In this document: positions 11,062-24,253 of the stretch, in pieces
Position numbering within the stretch: position 1 is the first letter of the stretch
Layout: each line of letters opens with the position of its first letter
DNA from: Anthoceros angustus
Lineage: Eukaryota; Plantae; Anthocerotophyta
Direction: 5' to 3'
Length of the DNA: 64,000 nucleotides
NCBI GenBank assembly: GCA_010909165.1
Contig: MU008173.1
Span: 744,001-808,000 of the forward strand
Notes under the pieces: generated by a model
Told to the model about the DNA's origin: nothing
Databases searched by the model: none
The model's input: the letters and a program-made list of their open reading frames with translations, nothing else
Position numbers and translations under genes: made by a program

Positions 11062-13113
11062 ATGGGACCTAAGAAGAACACTCCGGGCCATTGAGGCCAT
11101 TACCACCGCCCAATGGCCCAACATGGGGCAATCGGAGAGTGAAAGCGGTTCTTGGTGGCTAAGCATCACTTGTCCTTCATGGACAAAAAGTGGTGCTGCT
11201 ACGTTCTGTAGTTGGTTCGGAATGTGATACACGAGGGGAGAAGGCCAGGAAGGCAACACGAGAACCAACCCCGCACTGGAATATTCGTTGTTCCAGGCCA
11301 TGAGAGCAAGAGGAATGTGGTGGAATAATCATTGATCCTTTCGTGAAGCCATCTCCCCAAAAGCCGCAGGAGCTGTCGCCATTGCTCCCACATTGTCTAG
11401 GGTGGAGAATGGCGGGTCACCAACAAGTTAGACCCCGAGAATGGCCGGATTAGCCAGTGATCCTGTGCTCTCAGCTCACTAAGCTAGAGCACATTCCGAC
11501 CATTTTCTTGTCTTTCTGAGGTGGTGAGAGGGTCCAAGATAGATTGGGCCAGGATGTTCTATGACACAGCATGCAGGGAGAGGGACCACTTGACCCTACC
11601 ATCACCCAGTCCCTCAGCTCTATCTCCCTTCTTAATCCACGTTTTTGACCATGCCAAGTTGCTGGAGGGGATGGAGATGGTCTCAGTCTTCCATGCCTGG
11701 AGGCCGGTGTTTGAAAGAAGGAAGCCCAAAGAGGAGTCAGAGGAAGAGGCCATCTCCAAAGGGCACCGGGAGTGAAGAAGTCCAAGTGTCCATGAAGAGG
11801 AATGTGGCGCTAAGGTATCACGTGTTGCTAACAGCAACCGGAGTTGCTAAGACCCCAACAGCACCAAGAGAGGTCGGCCGAGCAACAGGGACTCCAACCA
11901 CTCCTAGAGCCACAAGAGCACGACGGGAACTCCCCGACAAGACAAGGAAAGGCCGGGCAGCACTGGGCCTCAGGAGCCTGGGGAAACCACAGTCAGGAGG
12001 AATCAGCCCAACCTTGGGCACCCGAGTGACCGAGAAAGTCACCACTGCTCAAGGGTGACCTCAAGTATACCCCAAGTGGTCGGGGCCATACAGATAGGAA
12101 GGAGGAACCCATCCCGAAGGTTTGGGGCCTAACATCACCACCGCAAGAGCCGGGTCTCAATATGGCACGCACTGGTGAGATGGAGGACATAGCTCGGTCC
12201 TCTCTTGTTAGGTTTACAGCAGCAGGGGGAACTGGGGAGCAAAGGAGCTCCAGGAATGAAGCAGAGAAGGAGGTCTTGGAGGGACGCCTAGGTAGCATGG
12301 AAGCGGAATTAAGGAAGGTCCAGAAGAGTTGCATGAAGACCAAGGATCAGAAACCCTCATGGTTCACTCTCCTGACGCACAAAGCACCATAGGGGAGCTG
12401 AGAATGTCATCTCGCATGCAAGTTCAGCCAAACATGGATGCGCGCCACAAGAAGGAGAGGGACGAGGCAAGGAAAGGTGGAAAGAGGCCAAGAGGGCTGG
12501 ATTGCAAGAGAGCCACCGTGGAAGATGCGGAGCCTCCATGGAAGAATCTGTCGAGTTAGCAATGCCGAGGAGGTTGCTAAGCAACCGCCGGCCGCTGCTA
12601 AGGAAGCAACCTGCACTGCTAAGGGAGCAACAGGCTCCAAGACCAGAGCTACAACAAGGAAGAAGGGGGCAACAGAAGACCAGGAGGAGGACAAACAGGC
12701 CAGGGGGGAGCGGGTAAGCACCGCCTAAGAAGTCTAACTTCCCAATGGTGCATTAGATTGAGGGATGCTTATCAAGATAACCATGTGCCTGGATTCTCCT
12801 TGGCTGGAGAGAAGATTGTCTCCCTGAAAGTTTATGTTGTTGTGGGCACAGGGGGGACATGGAGGTACTTGATCCATGCCTTGACGGGCACTGGATCCTA
12901 CCTATGGGTTGGATTCTTAAGGAGGAAACTCTCAGCCGACCCATCCAGGATTCAAGAGCTCACCGAGGAGGAGTACCAGACTATGCGGCGAGCACAAGAG
13001 AGAGAGGAGTCCAGCCTGAGGAGGTAGAGATTTTATGGGAGAGATTGCCCAACCAGCCAAGAGGGAGGAGAGCAAGAGGAGAACATGGGGCTAGGCGCCT
13101 AGGAGGCCTGTGA
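11062..13113 (+). pseudogene. Extra ORF 3' of pol, unit 1, frameshifted
   Basis: ATG at 11062; fragments VVRGSKIDWARMFYD, ALSPFLIHVFD, coiled-coil EKEVLEGRLGSMEAELRKV; ends ..GARRLGGL*. Confidence 0.7.
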
Positions 13114-14464
13114 GAGGTAATAGGGTAAGTGGCCTAAATAGCTAAAGGCCCATGTGTTATAGATCAAAATCTTATCCTCTCATAGTGGATGAATAGATAG
13201 GCCTCTAGGATTGGTAGGCTAAGACCGATTGGTTTGGCAAGCACCAAGCCGCGGGTCGATCTTGGGTATAAGAGGCACCTCTTGATGAAATGTAAGCAAT
13301 GTTGGCCTAAGTCTTGGTGTTTGAGCACGGGTTTGGGAGGGTTCCGATCCAAAGGTCAGTAAGTCTAGCACCGCCCTCCGCCAGGGGAGTGAGAAGACTA
13401 CTGTTGCCCAGATCCGTGGCCGATCCGCAAGGGTGGTGGAAAGCAAGGAGGGAGCCTTGAGGTCTCCTTGGAGGAGTCCTCAAGGTCAAGAGGAAGGGGT
13501 TGTGAAGCCGGGAGGTCGCCCTCCTTACTCTCATCTCTGCAGTCTAGTACTCACCTTGTGTTTAAGTTTTTCAGTGTGCAGAGAGAAGAAGACAAGGGAG
13601 CCTGTGTGTGGAAGAGGAAGTCAAGTGAGTTGGAGTGGGGCTTGTGTGTTGGAAAATGAGAGGAAAAGTGAACTGTGAGAGAAGTGGAGAATGCCGGACA
13701 TGGAGAGTGATTGGCTGTTTGAGAGGAGTAAGAAGGATGGAGAAGTCTGTAAGTGATTTGTGTTGTCAAGAAGAGTCAGTGAGTGGAGGTTGAAGATCCC
13801 GTGAGTGGATGAGACGGAATGAGAGAACAAGAAGTATTTTGAGAGTTGGTGAAGGGCTGGACGGATGAGAACCTTGTAAGGACTGGAGAGGCCGTGAGTG
13901 AAAGTGGAGATTGAATGGGGCGTGAGGTGTGAGAACAAGGAGAGTTGAAGAGAGCTGGGAAACTTGGAGAGTGTGGGTGAGAACCCTGGAGAGGTTGAGA
14001 GCCGGGGGTCGGGAAGGTGAGCTGAAAGGGGAGGAGGCAAGGAAGTCTAAGAAGTGCTGCAAGAGTGAGAAAGAGTGAGGAGCAGAATCCCGATTGGTGG
14101 ATCTAACTTGTGGATGAAGAGAGAGAGAGAGAGGGTTTATCCACTTGATCCTGGGACCCATTCTATTAATAGCCGACCGATCCCAAGGTGGACCTCCGCT
14201 AAAAATAGAGGGTGGTTGCTGGTTAGCAACCGGGTCTGCTAAGGTAGCATACAGGTCGCGTGGCTAAGATAGCCTGTGTCCGAGTTGTTAGGATAGTAGC
14301 CGTCTCAGAATCGCTAGATGTTTGGTGTGTCCGTGTTTGGTTGGATTTTATGTTTTGGTTGTCTTGACACGAAATCACTCCCTTGGGTACGAATCTCAAG
14401 TCTACAACGATAAAGAGGGTAAATGTGGCCTTTGTGACCACTTGGTTTAGAAAATCACTCCACA
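13109..14464 (+). repeat. LTR 2 (~1356 bp, includes a ~410 bp copy-specific G/A-rich insert at ~13621-14030)
   Basis: Same termini as LTR 1; followed by TTTTGGCGCCGGGAG (PBS with a small deletion). Confidence 0.85.
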
Positions 14465-14555
14465 TTTTGGCGCCGGGAGTGTCATTGTTGTCAAGACCTT
14501 AGAGTAGACTAACCTTGTCTAGTAGTGTATTGGGAGTCTTGAGTGTGATACATGG

Positions 14556-17500
14556 ATGCTACCCATTGAGTCCGAAAGTTCACACCGTGAAGAGAAGACT
14601 CAAAGAAGAAGACAACGCTGCCGTGAGCGAGGGGCGAAGGGCCGCAGCATCGAGAGCCGAGGAGAGCACAAGAAGCAACGCACTGCCGAGGAGCCAAGAA
14701 GCAAGCAACAGTCAGGACCGGATGACCCATCCTTGTCTTCCGACCTCCGCGGTCGAACTTGTGCTGTGAACTCAAGAACTTTTGGATGCGCTACAGAGAT
14801 CCTTAGACCAACAATCGCGTCGGGATAGTGACGACGCCATGGCGGCGATTTCCGCCTTTTGCAATAACTACTACCATACCCACCGTATGGAGAGAAGAAG
14901 GTATGAAGATCCGTTTGTTGAACGCTTTGAGCAACTAACCATTGCAAATCGTGAACTGGGATGCAGATTCACTCTTCTACGGAGTTCTTCATGAGGGCCG
15001 CCAAGTGGTACAAGAGGGAGTACCAAGGCACCTCAAAGAACCTTCAACGAATCAAGAAAGCCTTTTGTGAGAGGTTCAGGGAATAGATGTAGAAGGCTAC
15101 GTGTTGTCAAAGTTGGAGTTTTTGAGGAGAAGAAGGAAGGAGACCTTGCAAGCTTATGTTGAGAGGTTTCTTAACTTGCGATCGTAGTGGTCCTCACACC
15201 ACATGTGCCATTCGGTGGTTGCTAAGGGGTTAGATCCCGAGATGGGCCGACATGTGAGGTCAAGCGGAGAAAGACGAGACAAGGCCATCAAGGCGGCACT
15301 CAACTACGAAGAATCCAACTCCTTGGACAAGAAGAAGCACAAGAAGGAAAAGAGCAAGAAGAAGAAGTCCAAGCGAGGGAAGAAGGACAAGGGATCTTCG
15401 TCGGAGGAAGAATCTTCAGGAGAGTGACTCCTCTCAAGACTCAGACTGGAGGACTCTTCCTGAGGATGGCAAGACGGAGGAAGAATCCTCAAAGACGCAG
15501 GAAGAAGAAGAAGGTTGGCGCTAAGAAGAAACCAGAGGCTCGAGGATCAAGGGAGCTGGCTGTATAAACAAGAGGTTAGTGCTAAGAAGGAAGTGGAACA
15601 AGTCAAGAGGGAGGCTGAAGTCAATAAGAAGGTGCAACAAAGAAGAAATGAAGATGGAGGAAATGATGAGCAAATTCGAGAAGTTTCACCTCAACGCCGT
15701 GGAAGGAGCATGAGAAGAGGAGAGTCAGATCCAAAGTTTTGTTCCTGCTGGTGGCCAGCCAGCCACACTAAGTCCAACTGTGGCCAAGGTGCACATGCTC
15801 GCCACGAGGAGGAGGAAGAGGATCGCTGGAGGATACCTACCGATCCGTGGAGGTTTCCAGGACAACAAGACTCAAGACCGCCCATCCATCGAAAATTCCA
15901 TGGCATTCGAATAAACAAGTGCCTGTGGTTGCTAACCAAGTGGTTCGGTTACAACCGTAGGGGCTTTGGTCATTATGCAAATAGCTGCATCACAAAGACA
16001 GCCAATGGTGACTACGAACTACCGTGCAAGACCGCAAACAATGGTCATGTAGCGGGAGTGTCACTTGCCCAAACCGAGGAAGACTGCTCAATTGCTCAAC
16101 CACCGCGATGAGTTCGAAGCAGCATCCTAAGGAGCCGCGTGCCCATGCACGTGGAGGATGCCCATGGTCGCTTTGGGAGGATGGAAGCCATGGTGGGGAG
16201 CTAGATGGACTGGGGGTGGAGGAGACTATTACGGAGAGGTCAGCAGCCATGGTCAGGCGCACTAGGAATGAAAAGCTAGGAGGAAGTCATGGAAGAAGAA
16301 GAGACGAGGTGGAATCACCACAAAGTCTCAAGAGAGCACTCCAAGCCCGGAGGGAACGGATCTAGAGGAGACACTTGAGAAGGAGAACCCCGAAGGAAGA
16401 ATCAAGGAGTGAATCGCCTGGGGCCATGCCGAGAAAAGAAGTTCCAAGAAAGGGAGAGGAAACCCGAGTTTCCACCGGACGCCGGAAGTCATGGAGATGA
16501 TAGAGGAGGAATTGATGACCGCCGAGCTCGTGATCTCGAGACCTCGCAGCAACCGCCGCTGCGGCAACCGTTGTTAAGCAAGCACGGTTGCTAAGGGAGC
16601 AACCGCGAAGAAGGAGGGATCGAGGACCATTTAACCTTGCCGAAGCCATCATGGATCGCAGCTTTGCTATCACGCTTGGTCAACTATTGAAGGACAACCC
16701 GGCAGTGCAACAAGTTCGGAGGGCCTTGCAAGAAGCGCAACCCAAGAGGAAGAGGCGATGCCAAGGGACCCCTACAACAACCTAGTGTCCATGATAGACC
16801 GGCTGAGATCGGCCGGCCGTCAAGTTCCCCGGTTCCCGGATCCGGTGAACATCATGACGGGACATAAGCATACCACCAAGGTGAGATTGGCCGAGACATC
16901 AAAAATGTCATGGAGAATCAAGGAGGACATCATAGGACCCCTCAGATGGCTCAAGATGCAAGATGACTTGGGGAGGAAGGAAGTGGCTTTTAAGCCAATG
17001 GATTGGGGACCAAGACAAGAAAAGGAATAATTTGTTTGAGTTGGAGCAGTGGATACCCACTGTGGGGAGACTCCTACAAGAACGGAAGGATACACCGGAG
17101 AAACATCCGACTGGAGGAAGGGAATCGACAAATTTCCTTTTGCACATATCGCATGGTGGGATGAGGAGGAAGAGGGAGGATATCCCTTACTCCCTCAATT
17201 TGGTGGACCGCTGGGTTCATGGAGGACGCACTGGCCAAGAACTGCTATAACGAGGCTAAGGAAGCAACACAAGGCAGAGGGAACGAGGACTGCAACAGTC
17301 ACAAGAGAGCCAGATCATCTGATTCACCTCCGAGGACCTATTTAGGAGTGGGCATGAGGAAGAGGACCTCGTGAACCGGAGGAAGGGTTTGGTGAGAGTT
17401 CAAGACCCGTGGAGCGAGAATGGGCGGATTAGAGGGAGGTGTATTGCCGAAGGTGCTGAAGTTTGCACGATACCGGAACCAGCGGAAGAAGGAATGAAAC

Positions 17501-20032
17501 AGTGCCGAGTTCATCGACGTGTTTGCTCGAGGTGATATGAAGGGATTCCCAAGAAGTGGGGAGCATAGGATCGATTTGGAGCCGTGAGCGACTCCGGCGA
17601 ATTCCCCAATACAAGCTGAACCCAAAGTACTCATCAAGGTGAAGGAGCAATTTTGAATTGTAAGGCGACGCCATCTATCCAATCGAACACGGAGTGTGGC
17701 TCCGATGGTTCAAGAAGTACCGGAAAGATTCGAGTATGCCAAGACCGGAGGAAGCTCAACAAAGCAACCAAGAAGGACCATTTCCTCCGCCATTCATCGA
17801 CAACATCCGGATTTGGTGGTCGGAAGATGTGTTACTGTTTGACCTGCACTGGGTACAATCACCGCACTTGAGGGAGAGTGACTGGCCTCAAGCCTTCACA
17901 ACGGATTGGGGACCTTCGCCACAAGAGAGTGCGCTCGGATTGACGGGAGCGTTCCTTCCTTCATGCGAGCATGGTTGAGATCTTCAAGGAGTATCTCCAC
18001 AAGTTCATGGAGGTATTCCTAGATGATTTTGTGTGTTTGGGAGTGTGGAGGAGCACCGGATCACTGCTTGGCGAGGTGTCGTGAAACTCAACTTTGCCTA
18101 CATCCCGAGAAATGCTACTTTGGCATGCGGAGGGATTTTGTTGGGGCACGTAATTTCACGGCATCGGGTTGATCCATAAGGTGAAGATGATTGTTGCCCC
18201 AAAGCTCCAACAACTCTCAAGGAACTCCGGGGTTTCCTTGGCATGGTGGGCTACTACCGACGTTTTGTGCCTAACTTTGCTAGGAGGGCTGCTCACTTGA
18301 CCAGCTTGTTGAGGAAGGACCAAGAGTGGAACTGGACAGCTGAGAGGGAGGCAGCATTTCAAGATTTGAGGACCACGTTGGTAACAGCCCCAACCCTCAA
18401 GGGACCGGACTGGAACAAGAAGTTCCATGTGTACGTGGATGTTTCCGCCTTCGCCATTGGTACAGTCTTGAGCCAGCGGGATGACAAGAAGAGGGACTAC
18501 CCAATCTACTACGCAGGACGGCAACTCACCGATGCGGAGCGCAAGTACACAACAACTGAAAGGGAAGCCCTTGGGATGGTGTATTCAGTAAGGAAGTTTC
18601 GTCATTATCTCCTCTCCTATGAGTTCGTGTTCCATGTTGACCATTTTGCTCTCAAGCATCTTGTCAACAAGGCGGATCTTCGGTCGCATAGCTCGCTTGG
18701 ATCTGCTGCAAGAGTTCACATTCACGGTGGAGACACGTGAGGAGGAAGCATGTGAATGACTACTTGTCTCGCTTGAAGACGGAGAAGGTGGAGCGATCAA
18801 GAAGATCATTTTCGGATGAAGCTTTGGAGGAGGATGAGGAGAGTGCTAGGCCCAATGCCAAGTTGATCGAAACGGAGGTACAGCCAAATGAGAAGGGAGG
18901 GAGAAGTTTTGTGCCACCTATGAGGAGGTCTTTCGCTTTTAGCAATGTCGATACCAATGCCACACAAGAAGAGAGGTTGTTCCTATACTCCGCACTGCTG
19001 TTAAGCGAGACAAGCCGCATGGTAGGGCCGATGGAGTTGAGAGGTTGTGGGTCAAGGATGGTCAAAAGGACCGGCCTTGCTGCATGAGGAGGAGGCCGGA
19101 GGTCACTACGCCGCCAACGTGACTGTAAGAAGATCTTGGAGGTGGTATTGGTGGCCAACCTTGCACCGATGCTAGGGAGTTCATCAAGCTGCCAGATGCA
19201 TGTCAAAGGGTTGAAGCCAACCAGACCACACAAGGGCCATTGGTCCCTATCCTAGCCTTGGCGCCTTTGAGAAGTGGGGATTGACTCCGATTCACCCAAG
19301 ACCAAGGGAGCCAATCAATATATTCGTAGCAACGGATCACTGCGCATGGTGGAAGCTCAAGCCTTGCCCGTGGACACAGAAATGTGGTGGCTGTGTTCTT
19401 GTTTGAGCACATCACAAGGTACGGTGCCCGCTGGAGTTGGTTAGCGTGGGTACCCATTTCATCAACGAGGTGATCTCACACATGGTGAAGTACTTCAACA
19501 TCAGCCAGGAAGACCACCCCTACAACCCCAAGGCGAATGGACTCACGAGAAAGCTAATGGATTGCTGTGATCCTCAACAAGTTAACCATCACTACACCTA
19601 CGATTGGGACCGGAAGCTTCACTCCAGGGCGAGTATGGACTGAGAAGGTGACCACAATGCACTCTACTACCTCACCTATGGGCACTCACCACCATGCCCA
19701 TTGAGTTTGAAGTGCCAACGTTGAGAGTCCAAGAGCATAAGAGGATGACGGTGGAGGAGAGCCATGGAGAGGCTCATAGGCTTTGTTCAGACATGGAGAA
19801 GGAACAAGCCTTGGCAGCCCTGTAATAACGCCCAAGAGAAGAGGAAGGAATGGCATGACCTAAGTCAAAAACAAGAGTACGTTGGGGACTTGGCGTGAGA
19901 TGATGTACATACTGAAGTCTGCATCTTAGATGGATGGGTCCCTGCTGGTGCAAGTGTTCGACAATGGATCCATACACGCAGAACTTGATGGATTCTGCCA
20001 ACCGTGGTCAATGGTTGGTGAAGAAGTATTAA
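14556..20032 (+). pseudogene. gag-pol polyprotein, unit 2 (frameshifted; best-preserved RNase H)
   Basis: ORF 18243-18740 reads GYYRRFVPNFARRAAHLTSLLRKDQEWNW..FHVYVDVSAFAIGTVLSQ..YYAGRQLTDAERKYTTTEREAL, typical gypsy RT-thumb/RNase H; FLDDF at ~18017. Confidence 0.92.
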
Positions 20033-21289
20033 TAAGTTGGGACGCCAACAAATGAGAAGGGAGTATGTGGTGACCACATGGGTACTGCACCCCCGAAAGG
20101 AGTGTTTTTTTGTTTTGTGTTTAAGTTGTGAGAATCGTGGAGTTGGAATGTGAAGTAGGTTAGGAAATAAGAAAAGTCTACTAGAGCCTAGTAGGAGGAA
20201 GAGAGTCTAGTCCTCGATCCGACAACCCTGAGGGTTGGTCGCCGACCGTTGTTAACGGATGCTAGGGCCGTTGCTAAGACTGCTATGTGAACCGAGGAGC
20301 TCTTGCTATGGTAGCAACCAAGTCGGAGTTATTTTCCGATAAATTCGGAAACCAATTGAGCGAAATCATTGGAAAATACGAACGAAGTAACGGGGTCCTA
20401 TAGCAATTAAGTCCAAGGAGGAATATTGCGCGAAGATGAGACGGCGCCGCCGCCCGCTCGAGCGTGTGGGACGGTGGAGCAACGCCGGACACAAGGGCGT
20501 GGCACGAGTCGCGAGCACGCCGAAGCGCAGAGAAGGAATCGTTGATGGCGGTGTCCGGGATGCGAGGAAGCGGAGGAGGCCGAGCTGAGAGGCGGCTACG
20601 CGTAGGGGAGCCGAGGCGCGAACAAGGATTGGTGAGGAGCTCGCGCGTGGCCAGCAAGCAGGCAGCCGCCCAGGGTGTGGAATAATCGCCGAGCAGCCTG
20701 AGAAGCCGGGCGGCGGTGCGGCAGGTACCGCAAGAAATCGAGAGCGGGTGGCAGGGCGTAAGTGGGCAGAATTGCCACAGAAAGAGGGGGCGTGCACGAG
20801 GTAGGGTGCAAGGTGGCACGCACCCCAAGGGAGCTGCGGATTAAGGGCGAGACGGCGCACTGGGGGTCACCGTCAACCGTGGTTGCGGATACTTTTCCCC
20901 GCACCTCACATATTTGAGGTGGAAGGCGGGCTTGAGCGGGAGCAAAGTGGCATGGATGGGAATCGAGGGGTTCCACCTGTGGTGTGGAGTGGCGTGGTGT
21001 GTGGGTGGCCGACGCGCGTGTCGTGGGGACACGGAGATACCAAGTAGGGGCAAGGCCGAGGCCTGTGATGTAGGAGGGAGGTTGTGATTCCAAAGAAAAT
21101 CCCGTGGCACCCCGCCACCGTGGAGATGGGTACGAGGAGGTGCAGCTACTCCCTAGGGGATCCTTCAATTAAGAAGAAATTGAGTGAGGAGTCGACTAAA
21201 AAGGCGACACCCACATAAGGCTTGTGGGGAAGCATGCAGGGCGGCCGGACACTTTGCGCCTGAACTCTAGGCTCGACGTGACAAGGAGC

Positions 21290-23239
21290 ATGGGACCTAA
21301 GAAGAACACCGTGGCCATTGAGGCCATTACACATCGCCCAATGGCCCAACATGGGGCACCGGAGAGTGAAAGCGGGTCTTTTGGTGGCTAAGCATCACTT
21401 GTCCTTCATGGACAAAAAGTGGTGCTACAAGCCGTAGTTGGTTGGAATGTGTGACATGAGGGAGAAGGCCAGGGAAGGCAACACGAGAACCAACCCCGCA
21501 GAATATATTCTTCCAGTCTGTATGAGAGGCCAAGAGGAATGTGGTGGAATAATCATTGATCCTTTCGTAGCCGCCATCTCCCCAAAAGTCAGGAGAGGCA
21601 CAAGCCGCCATTGCTCCCACATTGTCTAGGGTGGAGAATGGCTCACCAACAATTAGACCCCGAGGGCCGGATTAGCCAGGATCCTGCTCAGCTCACTAAG
21701 AAGCTAGAGCACACGACCATTGTCTTTCTATGAGGTGGTGAGAGGGTCCAAGATAGATTGGGCTAGGATGTTCTATGACACAAGATGTGAGAGGGACCAC
21801 TTGACCCTACCATCACCCAGCCCAGCCTATCTCCCTTCTTAATCCACACCATGCCAAGTGTGGGAGGGATAGAGATGGTCTCACCTTTCCATGCCCGGAG
21901 GCCGTGTTTGAAAGAAGGAAGCCCAAAGAGGAGTCGGAGGAAGAGGCCATCTCCAGTGGCACCGGGAGTGAAGATGAGAAGTCCAAGTGTCCATGAAGAG
22001 GAATGTGGCGTTAAGTACCATGGCTAACAGCAACCGGAGTTGCTAAGACCCCAACAGCACCAAGAGAGGTCGGGGAGCAACAGGGACTAACCACCCTAGA
22101 GCCACAAGAGCAGACGGGAGCTCACCGATGACAGACAAGGAAAGGCTGAGGGGCCCGCAGGAGCTGTGGAAACCAGTCAGGAGGAATCGCCCAACCTTGG
22201 GCACGCCGATGATCCGAGAAAGTCACCACTGCTCAAGGTGACCTCAAGTATACCCCAAGTGGTCGCAGGGAGAGTCACCATGAGATAGGAAGGAGGGAAC
22301 CCATCCCGAAGGTTTGGGGCCTAACATCACCCCGCAAGAGCCGGTCTCGGCACGCTAGGAGATGGAGGACCGATAGCTCGGTCCTCTCTTGTTAGGTTTA
22401 CAGCAGCAGGGGAAGCAACAGGGGAGCAAAGGAGCTCCAGGAATGAAGGAGAAGGAGGTCTTGAGGGACGCCTAGGTAGCATGGAAGTAAATAGGAAGGT
22501 CCGAGAAGAGTTGCAGCGAAGACCAAGGATCGTGAAACCTCATGGTTCCTGACGACAAAGCACCATAGGGGAGCCGCAATGTCATCTCGATGCGCAAGTT
22601 CAGCCGAAACTGGATACTGGGCGCCAAGAAGGAGAGGGACGAGGCAAGGAAAGGTTGGAAAGAGGCCAAGAGGGGATTGCAAGGAGAGCCACCGTGGAAG
22701 ATGCGGAGCTCCCATGGAAGAATTGCCGAGTTAGCAGCCCGAGGAGGTTGCTAAGCAACCGCCGGCCGCCGCTAAGGAACACCTGCACCCTGCTAAGGGA
22801 GCAACAGCTCCAAGACCGAGCTACACAAGGAAGAAGGGGCAAAAGACCTGTGAGGAGGACAACAGCTGGGGGAGCGGTAAGCACCGCCTAAGAAGTCTAA
22901 CTTCCCAATGGTGCATTAGATTGAGGGATGCTTATCAAGATAACCATGTGCCCGGATTCTCCTTGGCGGAGAGAAGATTGTCTCCGAAAGTTTATGTTGT
23001 TGGGGGACATGGAGGTACTTGATCCATGCCTTGACGGCACGGATCCTACCTATGGGTTGGATTCTAAGGAGGAACTCTCACCGACCCATTCAAGAGCTCA
23101 CCGAGGAGGAGTACTGCACTGCGGCGAGCACAAGAGAGAGAGAGTCCTGAGGAGGTGGAGAGTGGGAGAGATTGCCCAACCAGCCAAGAGGGAGGAGAGC
23201 AAGAGGAGAACATGGGCTAGGCGGCTAGGAGGCCTGTGA
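21290..23239 (+). pseudogene. Extra ORF 3' of pol, unit 2, frameshifted
   Basis: ATG GGA CCT AAG AAG at 21290; homologous to the other three copies; ends RRLGGL*. Confidence 0.65.
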
Positions 23240-24156
23240 GAGGTAATAGGGTAAGTGGCAAATAGCTAAAGGCCCATGTGTTATAGATCAAATCTTATCC
23301 TCCTCATAGTGGATGATAGAGCAGGCCTAGGACGGTAGGCTAAGACCGACAGTTTTGGGGGCCAAGTCGCTAGACGATCTGCATAAGAGCTCTTGATGAA
23401 ATGGAGGCAATGTTGGCCTAAAGTCTCTGGTTTGGGGAGCACGGGGTTTGGGAGGGTTCCGTGATCCAAGGTCAGAAGCCTCCGCCCTGCCAGGGGAGTT
23501 GAGAGACTATTGCCGGATCTGGGTGGCCGATCCGCAAGAGTGGTGGAAGGAGGGAGCCTTGTGGATCTCCTTGGAGGAGTCCTAAGGTCAAGAGGAAGGG
23601 GGTGGGGAAGTGTGGAGGTCTCCTTACTCATTCTAGAGCTTGTCTAGTACTACCTGTGAAGTTTTTCAGAGGCCAAGGTCAGGAGAAAAGACAAGGAGAG
23701 CCTGAGGTGTGGAAGACCAAAGGTTCAGAGGGCAAGAAGTCAAGAAGTGCACAAGAGTGAGGAGGTGGGGGTTAAGGAGAAGAATCCCGATTGGTGGATC
23801 TAACTGGATGGGCAAGAGAGAGAGAGAGAGAGAGGGTGTCACTTATCCACTTGATCCAAGTGGGCCCACCTTCTATTAATAGCCGACCGATCCCCGAGGA
23901 CCCCACTGAATAGAGGGTGGTTGCAGCAACTGGCCTCGTCTGCTGCTAAGGTAGCAACAGTGGTCAGCGTGGCTAAGATAGCCGAGTGGTGTTAGGATAG
24001 TAGCCGGGTCTCAGATCAGGCTGTCCGTGTTTGGTTGGATTGGCTATGTTTTGGTTGTCTTGACACGAAATCACCCCTTGGGTACTCTCAAGTCTACAAC
24101 GATAAGAGGGTAAATGTGGCCTCTTTGTGACCACTTGGTTTAGAAAATCACCCACA
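23235..24156 (+). repeat. LTR 3 (~922 bp)
   Basis: TGTGAGAGG...AAATCACCCACA, then PBS TGGCGCCGCTGTCGGGA at 24160-24176. Confidence 0.85.
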
Positions 24157-24253
24157 TTTTGGCGCCGCTGTCGGGAGTGTCATTGTTGTCAAGACCTTAG
24201 AGTAGACTAACCTTGTCTAGTAGTGTATTGGGAGTCTTGAGTGTGATACATGG

